DNA of 63,040 nt, the filler included, from Octopus bimaculoides (taxonomy: Eukaryota): assembly GCF_001194135.2 (NCBI RefSeq). It is 7 parts of 7 records of this genome, joined end to end, with 100 filler letters (N's around TTAATTAATTAA, not from the genome) between each part and the next. Parts side by side here need not be neighbours in the genome. Positions count along the whole stretch, not along the records: positions 42,375 to 55,277 come from NC_068982.1; positions 55,378 to 60,722 come from NC_068991.1; positions 60,823 to 63,040 come from NC_068999.1; 4 more parts are not named here. One strand, 5' to 3'. Shown here in pieces: positions 49,886 through 62,809 of this stretch. A model generated the notes under the pieces. That model ran no database searches. It had not been told where the DNA came from and was given only the letters and a program-made list of their open reading frames with translations. Numbering within the stretch: position 1 is the stretch's first letter; the number at the start of each line of letters is the position of its first letter. A program made the translations under genes and the position numbers.

Positions 49886-50193
49886 ACTTACTTGGAAATG
49901 AATGCGTGGCGTTCAATCATATAATAATACAAATAAAAAAATATATATACATATATGCATATATACATATATATATGTACAATTTTTTATGGGTTTTTTT
50001 CTATAAGCAGCCCTCGAACGTCTTCTCCTTATTGAGAATTACACATTGTTGATTTCTTTCTTTTTAAAAAATTCTGTTGGTCTTGTTTACACGCAAAACC
50101 CTTACAACACACACATACATTCTTTGTTTTGTCTTGTACTGTCCATAATGTTTTTCTTAATGTAAACCCTTATGGTTAATAAAGAAATCATTA

Positions 50194-50240
<47 letters not shown>

Positions 50241-50843
50241 ATTATTATTATTATTATTGAGAGAGCGGCGCATGTTATCAAAGTGACACTGGGGTAAAAT
50301 TATATGAAGCCCAATATGCCCCACATGACTCCCCATCTGATAAGAGTACACCAGGTACATGCACCACAACCATATGTGATCTCATATCAACATGGTGATC
50401 TTATATCAAGATAAACAGCGCATGATCTTGCATGTGAAGCCCTGTTAGAATTTTCTTCAGGTCGAATAGCCCATCCCGCTCAAAAGGTCCTTGAATAAAG
50501 GTTGCTTAAGGATGTTGAACGAAACACCCATGTTTCCAGAGGTGATTTATTCAAACCCCAAGGAATTCCACTCAATACATGGCTATGATGCTCCCCCACT
50601 ACTTCTGCTTGTTATCAGAGATGCACATATCGTCAGCCACCAAGGGACATGTTCAACTGGTTAACGTCAAGTAACTGATAAACAAAATCTTTGGTATTGA
50701 GCAGAATATTTGCTGTTGCTCATCTTTTATACCAAGACAAAACAATGTACATGATAACATTTCCAATGAGTTAAGATCAAAATCCATGGGAGCCACTGCC
50801 TGGTATTGCATCTGGGCAATTATTATTATTATTTCTTCTCTAT

Positions 50844-51017
50844 GACGGTTAACTGGCGGAATCGTTAACACGCTGGACGAAATGCTTAGCGATATTTCGT
50901 CCGTCGCTACATTCTGAGTTCAAATTCCACCGAGGTTGACTCTGCCTTTCATCCTTTCGGGGTCGATAAATTAAGTACCAGTTGAGTATTTCAGGCCTTG
51001 TGCCTATAGTAGAAAGA

Positions 51018-51051
<34 letters not shown>
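50844..51051 (+). mobile_element. SINE family C (Deu/Nin-domain-like) with (ATT)n tail
   Basis: ttctgagttcaaattccaccgagg..GCCTTTCATCCTTTCGGGGTCGATAAATTAAGTACCAG resembles the conserved Deu/Nin central domain. Confidence 0.82.
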
Positions 51052-51831
51052 NNNNNNNNNNNNNNNNNNNNNNNNNNNNNNNNNNNNNNNNNNNNNNNNN
51101 NNNNNNNNNNNNNNNNNNNNNNNNNNNNNNNNNNNNNNNNNNNNNNNNNNNNNNNNNNNNNNNNNNNNNNNNNNNNNNNNNNNNNNNNNNNNNNNNNNNN
51201 NNNNNNNNNNNNNNNNNNNNNNNNNNNNNNNNNNNNNNNNNNNNNNNNNNNNNNNNNNNNNNNNNNNNNNNNNNNNNNNNNNNNNNNNNNNNNNNNNNNN
51301 NNNNNNNNNNNNNNNNNNNNNNNNNNNNNNNNNNNNNNNNNNNNNNNNNNNNNNNNNNNNNNNNNNNNNNNNNNNNNNNNNNNNNNNNNNNNNNNNNNNN
51401 NNNNNNNNNNNNNNNNNNNNNNNNNNNNNNNNNNNNNNNNNNNNNNNNNNNNNNNNNNNNNNNNNNNNNNNNNNNNNNNNNNNNNNNNNNNNNNNNNNNN
51501 NNNNNNNNNNNNNNNNNNNNNNNNNNNNNNNNNNNNNNNNNNNNNNNNNNNNNNNNNNNNNNNNNNNNNNNNNNNNNNNNNNNNNNNNNNNNNNNNNNNN
51601 NNNNNNNNNNNNNNNNNNNNNNNNNNNNNNNNNNNNNNNNNNNNNNNNNNNNNNNNNNNNNNNNNNNNNNNNNNNNNNNNNNNNNNNNNNNNNNNNNNNN
51701 NNNNNNNNNNNNNNNNNNNNNNNNNNNNNNNNNNNNNNNNNNNNNNNNNNNNNNNNNNNNNNNNNNNNNNNNNNNNNNNNNNNNNNNNNNNNNNNNNNNN
51801 NNNNNNNNNNNNNNCTTCTTCTTCTTATTCT

Positions 51832-51875
<44 letters not shown>

Positions 51876-52289
51876 TTCTTCTTCCTCTTCCTCTTCCTCT
51901 TCCTCTTCCTCTTCTTCTTTTTCTTCTTCTTCTTCTTCTTCTTCTTCTTCTTCTTCTTCCTCTTCCTCTTCTTCTTATTCTTCTTCTTCTTCTTTTTCTT
52001 CTTCTTCTTCTAGAAAATATTATATTTATTATTATTGTCGTTGCTTCTGCTGCTGCTGCTGTTGTTGTTGTTGTTTTTCTTATTATTGTGGTCCTCCAGA
52101 TTTATTGTTAATGCAGGGCTGTTTTCAATTTACATTGCATATTTTTTTTTTTTGGTGCCCATTGTGATAGTATCCGTTGTTGTTGTAGCATTGATTTTGA
52201 TAGCAGTGGTGTTAGTTGTTGCGGTGGTGATGGCGGTAGTGGTGCTTGCAGTGGTGTTTGTTGAAGGGTATTGTCACTGATTTCGTTTC

Positions 52290-53240
52290 AATGATTTAAA
52301 CAAGCGAAAAAAATAAACAAATAAATAAAATAAACGAAAAAAAACCCAAAAAGAAAAGCAATAGAAAAGCAATAGAAAAGCAACAAGCATAACAAAAACA
52401 AAAAAGTGAAAGGACGATATATTAAGCGAAAGGGTTTGAAGGAAAGGTCGAGAGTGATAGGATGAGTTTCTGATAGGAAGGGGTAGCAATAGAAAGGGGA
52501 GAGAACTAAAAAAATAAAATGAAAGCTGATGAGCATGCAAAAATAAAATAAAATGTATTTTAAAGAACCAGAAAGAGAGAGATGGGTGGGTGAGACAGAC
52601 AGATAGAGAAAAGGGGAGAGGATCTCAGAAAAGAGAATAAAAGAGACAGAAGAGAGAGTATGAATATGTGTAGGAGAAAAAAGAGAATAGGAGAGAAAAG
52701 AAGGGGAGAGAAAAGAAGGGGAGAGAAAGACAGAAAACAAAGAGAAGAGAGGGTAGAAGTGGGTGAAGAAATGAAAAGAGAGAAAGGGTAGAAGTGGGTG
52801 TTGGAGACAGTGAGGGGTTTGTGAAAGACAGTGATGAAAATCATAGGAAAGGGTAAAGGTGTGAGGAGGAGAAATAGAAATCAAAGGATGGTAGGCGGTG
52901 GGGAAAGAGAGAGAGGAGTGAGAGAAAGAAGAGGAAACCGGAAGTGGGAGAATAGGAGGGGGGAATTTGGTGGCAAGGAGAAATAATGAAAGATAAATGA
53001 AGAGGTGGAAAGAAAAATATTATGGAAATGATAAAGAAAAGAGAGTTATAAAAGAAGAGGGGAAAAAAGATGAATGGACAGGGTAAGAAAATTGGATGTA
53101 AGAAGGAGAGTGAGTGAAAGAGAAAGGGAAAGAGAGTGAGGGGAGAGAGGGAAGAGAGAGAGGGAGAGAGGGAAGAGAGAGAGGGAGAGAGGGAAGAGTG
53201 AGAGGGAGAGAAGAGAAAAAAGGGAAAACAAGGGAAAACT
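52290..53240. repeat. About 950-bp polypurine-rich low-complexity tract
   Basis: Direct reading; GA-rich on +. Confidence 0.88.
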
Positions 53241-53450
53241 GGTACGTTAACAGTGGTACACATGTTTGTGTATGTGTGTATATGTGTGCCTATGTATGTA
53301 TATACACACACACAAGCACACACACACACAAGCACACACACACACAAGCACACACACACACACAGATATATACATTCGCCATGATAGATCGCTGACCACT
53401 ACATTTATATTTTTTTCTCTTTGTTTCTCTCCTTATTTCTTTCTGTGTTC

Positions 53451-53485
53451 CTTTCAGTTGAAGAGCGTAGCTCGAAACGTCAAAG
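53451..53485 (+). ncRNA. Minimal hammerhead motif with two core substitutions (probably inactive), inside a roughly 200-bp repeat embedded in microsatellite
   Basis: CTTT-CAGTTGA (for CTGATGA)-A-GAGC-gta-GCTC-GAAAC-GTC-AAAG. Helix I CTTT/AAAG, perfect helix II, palindromic ACGT helix III, GUC triplet. Confidence 0.62.
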
Positions 53486-53719
53486 ACTTTCTCTATTCCC
53501 GAGCGTTAAACTAATACATCCATTTGTTGTTTACACCACCTGTCTTCGTCTATTGTTTTTTTCGTAAATTCTCCCATACATATATACATATATNNNNNNN
53601 NNNNNNNNNNNNNNNNNNNNNNNNNNNNNNNNNNNNNNNNNNNNNNNNNNNNNNNNNNNNNNNNNNNNNNNNNNNNNNNNNNNNNNNNNNNNNNNNNNNN
53701 NNNNNNNNNNNNNNNNNNN

Positions 53720-53766
<47 letters not shown>

Positions 53767-53779
53767 GTATATATATATA

Positions 53780-53931
53780 CGACGAGCTTCTTTCAGTTTC
53801 TGTCTACTAAATCCGCTCACAAGGCTTTGGTCGGCCCGAGGCTGTTGTAGAAGATACTTACTCAAGGTGCTATGCATTAGGACTGAACCCAGAACCATGC
53901 GGTTGGGAAGCAAGCTTCTTACCACACAGCC
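53780..53931 (-). mobile_element. SINE family A, 5' half
   Basis: Reverse complement ggctgtgtggtaagaagcttgcttcccaaccgcatggttctgggttcagtcc..ccgaccaaagccttgtgag. Confidence 0.85.
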
Positions 53932-54070
53932 AAAGTTCTTTTGTCACATACACTGTGACTGCTTTAGCTACGTTCTGGCCTATTTGTCTCCTCTTCTCTC
54001 TGGTCTATTTCGCATTGTCTTTCTATGTTGCCACAAAAAGACAAATTGGAATAGACAATACAAGAAGAGA

Positions 54071-54108
<38 letters not shown>

Positions 54109-54704
54109 GCACACACACACGCACACACACACACATACGCACACACAAACACATTAATTGTTAGTGACGGAAGCAGTATTAATATAAAGAGGTTATCTTT
54201 ATATCGAACATAACATGGATGTCATGTTAGAAAAACCGAATACTGCATTATTAGCCTTGAGATTTCGTCTCATATAGGCACTTGGTTCACAAAAGCACTC
54301 GCGTAGATCGTAAATCAACTTTACTACATGTACATGCCCCTTACACTGTCTTCATTACATAAAATAATATGTCCAATGGGTTATATTTTCATTTACTTCC
54401 CGAGAAAATATTTTTTTCTTAGCTCTTCAGAAACATTTTCTCAGTTGCGCACTTTGTTTATGTTTTGCCACAATGTTTATGGAGTTTTTGTGGCAAAACT
54501 TCCATATGTTTTATATTAGTAACACTGATCTTAATTGCATGACTTTTTGAATTTCACCTGCTACGACGTTGTTCGTTACTCTTACTTTATAGAGTCGACG
54601 CAATGATATACATGTAGTCACTGATCCTCTATGTCTAACAGAAGACATATTAGCGTTTCTGTATGTCAGCCAATTTTCGCGCCATACTAAGCGGATTTAA
54701 TTAG

Positions 54705-54790
54705 GAGATCAAAGCTGACACAAACTTTGTCACTGGCTCGCTGACGAAAGGGCAAGAAGATGCTATTTCCTTTGTGTCAAACAAGCTCAG
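54705..54790 (+). CDS. Candidate exon (EIKADTNFVTGSLTKGQEDAISFVSNKL); coding status uncertain
   Basis: Strong donor ctcag|gtgagt. The in-frame acceptor (ttaattag) is weak, and stronger upstream acceptors include stops. Confidence 0.25.
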
Positions 54791-55377
54791 GTGAGTGTGC
54801 TCATGTGTTCAAAAACTTTATGCAATGTGTCCTATGAAAGATATATTCATAAGTGACATTAGTGTTCACATCTGTGTTTATTTGTTTTTTTACATATAAT
54901 GTTCTTTGCAAGGTTGTGGAACTTTAGACAATTGGTAAAAACATCATAATTTCATTTTGTGTATTTTGTTTTGTTCATGACATAAACTGAAGTTTGCATC
55001 GAGATAGCTCAAATTCTCTCTCTCTCTCTCTCTCTCTCTCAATCTTTCTACTTGTCCGGCTATCCCTCTCTATCACTACATATTATATATATATATATAT
55101 ATGTCAACCTTAATTGTATTTAGCTCATTTTGGATCTCTCTTTTAGCCATTTTTGACGCTGTGAAACTAATCGTAGTTGAAGAAGTCGGACTTTAAGTTC
55201 AAATTCATGTGAGCACTACTACGTGTTTTCTATACTGGGCGTATCTAGTTCTCCTCTGTTGTCTGTATATATATATANNNNNNNNNNNNNNNNNNNNNNN
55301 NNNNNNNNNNNNNNNNNNNNNTTAATTAATTAANNNNNNNNNNNNNNNNNNNNNNNNNNNNNNNNNNNNNNNNNNNN

Positions 55378-55543
55378 CATGCATCTCTTTCAAACGCAAT
55401 TCCTTCAGATGCACGTATCTCTTTCAAACGCAATTCCTTCAGATGCATGCATCTCTTTCAAACGCAATTCCTTCAGATGCACGTATCTCTTTCAAACGCA
55501 ATTCCTTCAGATGCATGCATCTCTTTCAAACGCAATTCTTTCA
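55378..55543. repeat. 34-bp minisatellite, about 5 visible units with strictly alternating variants
   Basis: gcatgcatctctttcaaacgcaattccttcagat alternates with gcacgtatctctttcaaacgcaattccttcagat. No spacers; the array runs into a gap. Confidence 0.95.
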
Positions 55544-56911
55544 ACCATATTTCTGTCAGATGTATATCATTCAGACGTGTCTCCTTCAAACATGCTTCCC
55601 TCCAGACGTATTTCCTGACTGTAGCAATAAAAACCTTTCTTCCCCAACCCCCTTCCTCTACGAACCAACTTCTCCTTTTGTATGTATTTCGTCTTACATA
55701 TTCTGTCAATTACAACGCAACTCAGCATTATTATGTTCAACCCCAATTTGATTTCCCTTTAGTTAAGACATGCAACAACGGGGTGGGGGAGGGGAAGGAA
55801 GAGAACGTCGTGAGAGGTTAGATGGTGTAGTTATGGAAGAGGGATGGTGGGGAGTACTATTTCCTATTCAATAAGGCTATACAGTGCAGATTTAGAACCG
55901 ATGAGTTGCATTTATTTGCCAAACTGATATTTGATTAGCTGTTCTGTCAGTAAATATTCTAGACTTTAAAACTAATACAGAAGTCCAGGTTTCCTTCTTC
56001 ATTTCAATTTACTTTCTGGCATATATAATTACTCAGTATGAGAAATGTACACCTCTACTTTAAAATATCAAATTAATTGTTATTCACTTGTTCTCTATTT
56101 CAGTTCTTCTTTATTCTCTCTCACTCTCACACAATATTCTAGTTTTAATTCAATGGATTCTTAGGTTAACTTCTAATTTTATAGTTTTTCTCCTTTACTT
56201 GTTTCAATAATTGAACTGCAGCCTTTCTGGGGCACCACATTTGAAGGGTTTTAACCAAACGAATCAACCCCAGTACTTAAGATGTTACATAGGGAAGTAG
56301 TGTAATAGATAGGGGATGTTGGATGACACATAGGGACCTTGTACCCTACACGATGTTACTTCTGGGATAGACTGGACATGTTATGTGTGATAGTTGCTTC
56401 TGTTTTGCTATCATATCATTTAAAAAAGTAAAAGCTCTCTAGAAGACAGGCGAGCTAAACTATGTAGGGATATGACAGTCTAGATTCCTTGGAAGATATT
56501 AGAATAGTGGTTCTGAACTTTCTTAAGTCAATATTCTCCTTAACCCTCTAAGTAATTCCTCAATTATTATGCGGAAAGGAAAAAAAGTAAGAAAAATTGT
56601 CTCATAGCTGAAAAAGTTGCAACAACAACCATCTGTTATAATTGCTTGCATGCAATAATATTTTTCTAACTAAAAGAATCATTAGAGCTTGGGCAAACTC
56701 CGAATTTTGTCATTTCCTTCTTATACTATTTGTGTGTAAAAGTGCTAACAATATATGTTTTAATGCCAAAGCTATAGATTGTAACAGTCTTGACAATCCA
56801 GTCAAAATGTCTGCTGGTTTGCTAGTGATTAGACCGAGGCAGAATAACTTTTCCATTTATCTGAATTATTAATTTGTGATCTCAATTTCATGTATTAATA
56901 ACACACATACA

Positions 56912-57390
56912 GGTGCAAGTATGGCTGTGTGGTAAGAAGCTTGTTTCCCAACCACATGGTTCCAGGTTCAGTCCCACTGTGTTGCACCTTGGGCAAGTGT
57001 CTTTTACTATAGCCTCAGGTCGACCAAAACCTTGTGAGTGGATTTGGTAGGCAGAAACTGAAAGAAGACTGTCATATATATATTTGTGTGTGTGTGTCTT
57101 TGTGTTTGTTCCCCATGAAGAAGGAAACCTGGACTTCTGTATTAGTTTTAAAGTCTAGAATATTTACTGACAGAACAGCTAATCAAATATCTATTTGGCA
57201 AATAAATGCAACTCATCGGTTCTTGACAACTGATGTGGGTGTGTTTATGTCCCTTAACTTAGCGGTTTGGCAAATATGACTGATAGAATAAGTACCAGGC
57301 TTACAAAGAATAAATCCTGAGTTCAATTTCTTTGACTAGGTGATGCTCCAGCATGCTGCAGTCAAAATGATTGAAACTTACAAAAGAATG
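56912..57390 (+). mobile_element. SINE family A, near full length with an internal insertion of about 90 bp
   Basis: Head tggctgtgtggtaagaagc..ggttcagtcccact..ccttgggcaagtgtc and tail gctccagcatg..gtcaaaatgattgaaac. Confidence 0.88.
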
Positions 57391-58080
57391 TTAGGAATGA
57401 AGGAAAAATAATTTTGTACAGTCATAAATCATCTTTTGTCTTTGCCTTGGTGGGAAAGAGGTCTTCTCCAGGTTAAGAACTACCATGTTGAAAACTATTG
57501 CTAACTCAGAACTGAGATCTTAAAGTATATGTTTTGTTTTACCTTGTTAGTAATTCTGGGATAGTGTATTCATTTATCTATGTATTTACACACACATGTT
57601 GATGTGTGATCATGTTCTCTGTGCAAGCGTGACTGCAAGAAAATATTAACAATTTCTTAAATGTAAATATCCCCAACAATATTTTTGTTTTGACATTTTT
57701 CTTCCATTTTAATTTGTTTACCTCCCCCCACTTCTTCTTCTCTTTCAATTTATCTTTCTCTTTTAGATTTTGTCATATGAAGAAGCCCTCGTCTTATTTA
57801 TCACTATGGCAACGAATCCTCCAATTTACTTGGATTATGGCTAGTTAACTCCAGTAAACTAATAATAAAAATAAGAAGGAAAACTCAAGATATCTAAGTG
57901 AGAGTTTGGGTTATTAAGGGTTATGTTTTCTCCAAGAAAACAGCGTTTAAACTCAGTCTTGACATCATTCAGACTGACAACTCTAGAATTATTGATGTCG
58001 GATATAGGTACAGTTAGCATAAATTATCTTATTGGTGGCAAGCGAAGGCCAAAAACGACTATTTGTCTGTCGTGTTGCAG

Positions 58081-58098
58081 ACACCACGAGAACTATAG
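58081..58098 (+). other. Candidate 18-nt micro-exon
   Basis: tttgtctgtcgtgttgcag|ACACCACGAGAACTATAG|gtgagt; length is a multiple of 3. Confidence 0.35.
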
Positions 58099-58804
58099 GT
58101 GAGTTTTGTGAAAATTGCTGCTTTTCTGCACGCACAAACACATCATACACTCCTTTGAACACTAGAAGCATTTAGCAAAATGTTTCTACCTACAGTTTTT
58201 CCCTTATGACTTTCGCTTTTATTTTATCTGTGTCCACCTCGATGCTTAATGAGATCTCAATGGAGTCATAAAAAAAATATTAGTGTTTGATTTTATTCCT
58301 CTCTGAGAATGTGCACACACACCTTTATCTGCAAATGCATTTGTTTGTGTATATTTATGTATTATCTATGTACGAGCATAAACATGTCAAATGCCGGCAG
58401 TTCTATTAATGATAGAAAATGGTGCATCATAGTAATAGGTGAAACCATTGATAAATGCCAGCAATTGAGTAAATATATGTACATAAGCAGAATTGAAGCA
58501 CTTGAACAATCAGATACAAATGTAGTGTCTCAGTTGAAAATATTATCATCCATATAATATATATGAGTGGATAAACGAAAGAAAAAGGCACTCAACACAT
58601 TTAGTAGAATGCTCCATCCACAAACGTCTGATAAACAGTTTGCAATGGAGGGACAACTGCTGCTGTACTCATTGAATCATGAGTGCGTGTATTTCATTTT
58701 TTCTTTTATATTTTAGTCTGGTTTTTTTTTTGTGCTTAACCTTCCTGAAACTAACTCTTATTTCTTTTTCCAAGAGACAGATAACACAGACACACAAACA
58801 CACA

Positions 58805-58855
<51 letters not shown>

Positions 58856-61001
58856 CACGCACGCGCGCACATGTATAAGGCACTTTGAGCACGCGTCTTC
58901 TATAGCCCAGGGCTGACCAAAGCCTTGTATACATATGGTGAGCTTATTTCAGTTTCTGTCTACCAAATCTACTCTCAAGCCCTGAGCTATTGTAGAAGAC
59001 ACTTGCTCAATGTCTCATTATTATATCTATCATATAGGTAATAACTACAAGTATATTTCTTTTGTGGTTTTAATGATTTCCAAAACTCAGAAGAAACATT
59101 ACACAAGATGGTTTCCTTCCCATAATGTCCCTCAACATCTAAATGTATGTCTATTACACTGCAAATATGACAAGTTCTTTATCATGCATATGCATATTCA
59201 GTTCACTGCCTCTGACAAACTTGTACATATATAACTAAAAATGAGTCTTTGATAAAAATACTCTTATGATAATGATGATCTATAGTATGCTTGCATTTCT
59301 ATCTCAGCACACTTACAGTTCCCCAAATACATCTGGTTTGGCAAGTTTACACTTAGAATTTGACATACCAAGAGTGCAGTATTGTTGTCTAAGGGAGTTT
59401 TGTAAATATGACATGCAGGTAGGAGATATGTTAACATGAGTCAATGTTACAGTTATGAGATGGTTGTTAGCCTGAGTATTACACCAACTGATTAACTGGA
59501 TGGAGAAAATATCACCAGAACACTCAGCATCTATAGCTTTTTCAAGACAGACAACTGCAATTATAGACTATCATAGATTTCTTAATATCTGTTTTTTCCT
59601 GTGTTGTCTCAGATTAGAAGAAATTGTAGTTCAGCATATATAAACATATATCTTCATATCACAGTGGAAAATATATCTTCAATTAATGTGTATCTTAGTC
59701 TTAAAATAAACACTCTGTATCTTCCTTCACATGTCGTAAGCAGTGGCTAAAATGGGTGGTAAAAGAAAGAGTATCCAACTTAAAAAACTGCTTCAGAAAG
59801 GAAGCTGTGATAAATACTATTGAAAACACTGTCATAGGATCTGCAAAACTAATCTCTACTTTAGCATGGAAAATGTTTTTTTAAATGTTTATTATATAAC
59901 AGCTTAAGCCAACAAGGGTACATCTATGCAGTTGCTTGATCTACAAGAAAAGTCATCAAAATCTCTCTGAAATCACACACTACCATTTTGAATAAAGGAA
60001 GGAGACTCTGGATAACATAGTCCTAGATATGTTGCCTGATGGTTACGAATGATCACAGTTCTGCTTAGATTAGGATCTGAACAGCAGTGACCACTTATCA
60101 ACATGTAACAATACAACATGTGTCAGAGCTGGCTATATACAGCAGTTATCAGGGTTGGCTAAATTTGTTTGCTTAATATTACAGCCACACACACAAAAAA
60201 AAAGTTTTTGTAAAGATGTTTGGGAAGTGAATGATATGAACAAAATGTACATTTTTTTTGTTTTTTGCAATTGTTTAGGTAACTACATGTTGAAGAAGCT
60301 TTGGCTGCTGTGAGTTAGCACATACAGGCTGTTGTCATTTAACTGAAGTCAACCCTGATCAAACACTCATGATCAAAAGCATTCCAGCTGTGACAATCCT
60401 ATCTATTTCCTATGTGCAAAGAATCAAGAACATAATATCCAATGTGCCATTTTTTAAAAACAGTAGGGTGTAATTTGAGGTAGATTTGGCTGCTATTTCT
60501 GGCAGGTCAGGTGGCAAATAAGAGGCATTCTTATTGGGTCATCAAGCTCAGGTTGTGCATGAATGATATGCTTAAGTAAAAGTGAAAAAAATAGAATCAT
60601 TTTGGGGAAAAACCAGATTGTTACATATGCTGTATAATAATTAGTGATAAAATATACATTTACAATTGAAACCTTTTAGCAGTTTTAGCATAACAAAACC
60701 TACTGAATTTAATATATTTATTNNNNNNNNNNNNNNNNNNNNNNNNNNNNNNNNNNNNNNNNNNNNTTAATTAATTAANNNNNNNNNNNNNNNNNNNNNN
60801 NNNNNNNNNNNNNNNNNNNNNNACCCCACGACGTCATCCTCACCTCGTCATATACTGTAGTGGAATAAACGAAGTCAATTTAGTATCTCTGTAGAATTGA
60901 AAGGGTGGATAGTTGCAGATTCTACAAGAACCTCTCACTCGTTCTTCAGAGTTTGAAATAGCAATATATTACTTGTGTAGCTATTATTATTATTATTATT
61001 A

Positions 61002-61059
<58 letters not shown>

Positions 61060-62019
61060 GCAATATATTAAAATGATGTCGCAGTTGTACGTGTTTGTTA
61101 GACATCATTGTTACGTTTCGATATGTTTAATATTGAGTTATATTCCAAAGGCTTTTATGCCTGTTTAAATTATTTCTTATTTCAGATTAAAGTTATTTAT
61201 TTGTATCTGAAATGACTGGACGAGGAGGGAAATATGGCACCCAAAACGTTCGTTTCATAGCAATATCTATGGCATTGGAAGGCGCTGGATTAAATTTTAT
61301 TTCTCATCTTTTATTTTAGCTCCGGTAAAACGTAAGATTTCTTCGAAGATTTTCAAGTTGATCCCAGTAATTAATTGGAACTCTGGTACTTTATTTCATC
61401 AAACCCGAAATACTGAAAGGTAAATTTGGCATTATATGCTTTGAATTCAGAATTCAAAGTTCTATAATTTAGAGCCATAATTAAGACATCTTATTCCTTA
61501 TCAATATGTTTGCTAATAAATTGACTTCGTCAAAGGACTGATATTGTCTCAAAGTGTCGGCTCACTGACTGCTTATATCTTTCATTATTGTGGTTTCCGG
61601 AAAGGCCTGAGCTAACTTCCGCCATCTGTCTCAGCGCATTACATCACACTTGTGGTTCATTAGCACCGGATAATCTCTCGACTGAAGAGAACTAAAGTAC
61701 AACGGTATTGCTAGTCAAAAAATATATTCTTAGTCTTCTGACTAGAATTGCACATCGGAAAATATCACTTAAAGTACAAAATTGTATTCTATTCCAGGTA
61801 AGACCTAGAAAAGCAGGACTATAGAATGTCTGTAGTCTGAGGCTGGTAAAAGATCTTTGCTCCAAATAATTTTTGGTAGCGAATGAAAATAATATTGAAC
61901 GTAGTGGAGTTTCGATCCAAGGATCTTTCGAAATATAGTATGTGACCCGCATATTTCAAATTCAAAATTTCAAACGTAGTATAAGGCCCGTATATTCTTA
62001 CTCTTAATTTCAAATTTTG

Positions 62020-62372
62020 GCACAAGGCCAGCAATTTCGAATATGAGGTAAGTCGATTTACATTAAAGATAAAAGACAAAGAACACCACGACGGAATTTG
62101 AACTCAGAACATCAAGACGGGCGGAATATCGCTAGGTATTTTCCCAGACTTGCTAACAGTTCTGCTACATCGCCGCCTTACGGAAGAACTTGATATTATT
62201 CTCAAATTTTGGCACAAGACCAGCAGTTTCAAGTATGAAGTAAGTCGATTACATTAAAAATAAAAGACGAAAAAGGCCGAGGCAGAAATTGAACTCAGAA
62301 CACAAACACGGATGAAATACCGCTAATCATTTTGTTCGGCAAGCTAATGCTTCTACCAGCTCACCGTCTTAA
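62020..62372 (-). mobile_element. Two tandem, similarly deleted family C SINEs (62020-62180, 62208-62372)
   Basis: Both read ttttggcacaag..aagtcgatt(t)acattaaa.ataaaagac..ttgaactcagaac and lack the same central segment. Confidence 0.8.
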
Positions 62373-62809
62373 TGCTATTCTTAATTACTATCTATCTTTT
62401 GTTTCCTAGTCTCTACATGCTACCAAACTGCAGACCATCTTTACAAATTTTAATATATTTGGCATTTCCGTTGAGAACGACCCGCCCTAACCAAACAGTG
62501 TTTGGCAGCAGTCATTGTTTGAACTACAGTACTGTCAATACTGTATCGTATACTGTTAGACGATAGCAGTGAGAGTCGGAACCCCACCAAAATGGATTAA
62601 AGTTCAGCTAGAAATATGGAAATTGTAACAAAGCCAGTGTAATTGAAGAACCGGAAATAGTACAATTAGAGGAAATGAAGATGAATTAGTTGTATACAAT
62701 CTTATACATAGTTTCATGGAGATATGATGACGTACGTGAATCTATACAAGGCATGACGTGCATACATAAGAAGCATATATATATATATATATATATAGCA
62801 TTAATCGTT

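Noticed and set aside
5838-53925. Long ORFs in the supplied track rich in X, CV/YI/HT dipeptides or poly-L/S/E/K
   Set aside because: They are translations of N-gaps and microsatellites.
55378-55543. CRISPR array
   Set aside because: 34-bp units are contiguous with no spacers, there are no cas genes, and the context is eukaryotic.
56610-56870. Leucine-rich minus-strand frame with one TGA
   Set aside because: No convincing donor, no recognised motif, and AT-rich composition can explain it.
61205-61320. MTGRGGK.. short ORF resembling a histone N-terminus
   Set aside because: Similarity ends after 6-7 residues, the frame stops at 35 aa and there is no histone fold.
61680-61940. CTGAAGA ... 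CGAAATATAGT as a hammerhead
   Set aside because: The boxes are about 240 nt apart with no helix I or II pairing.
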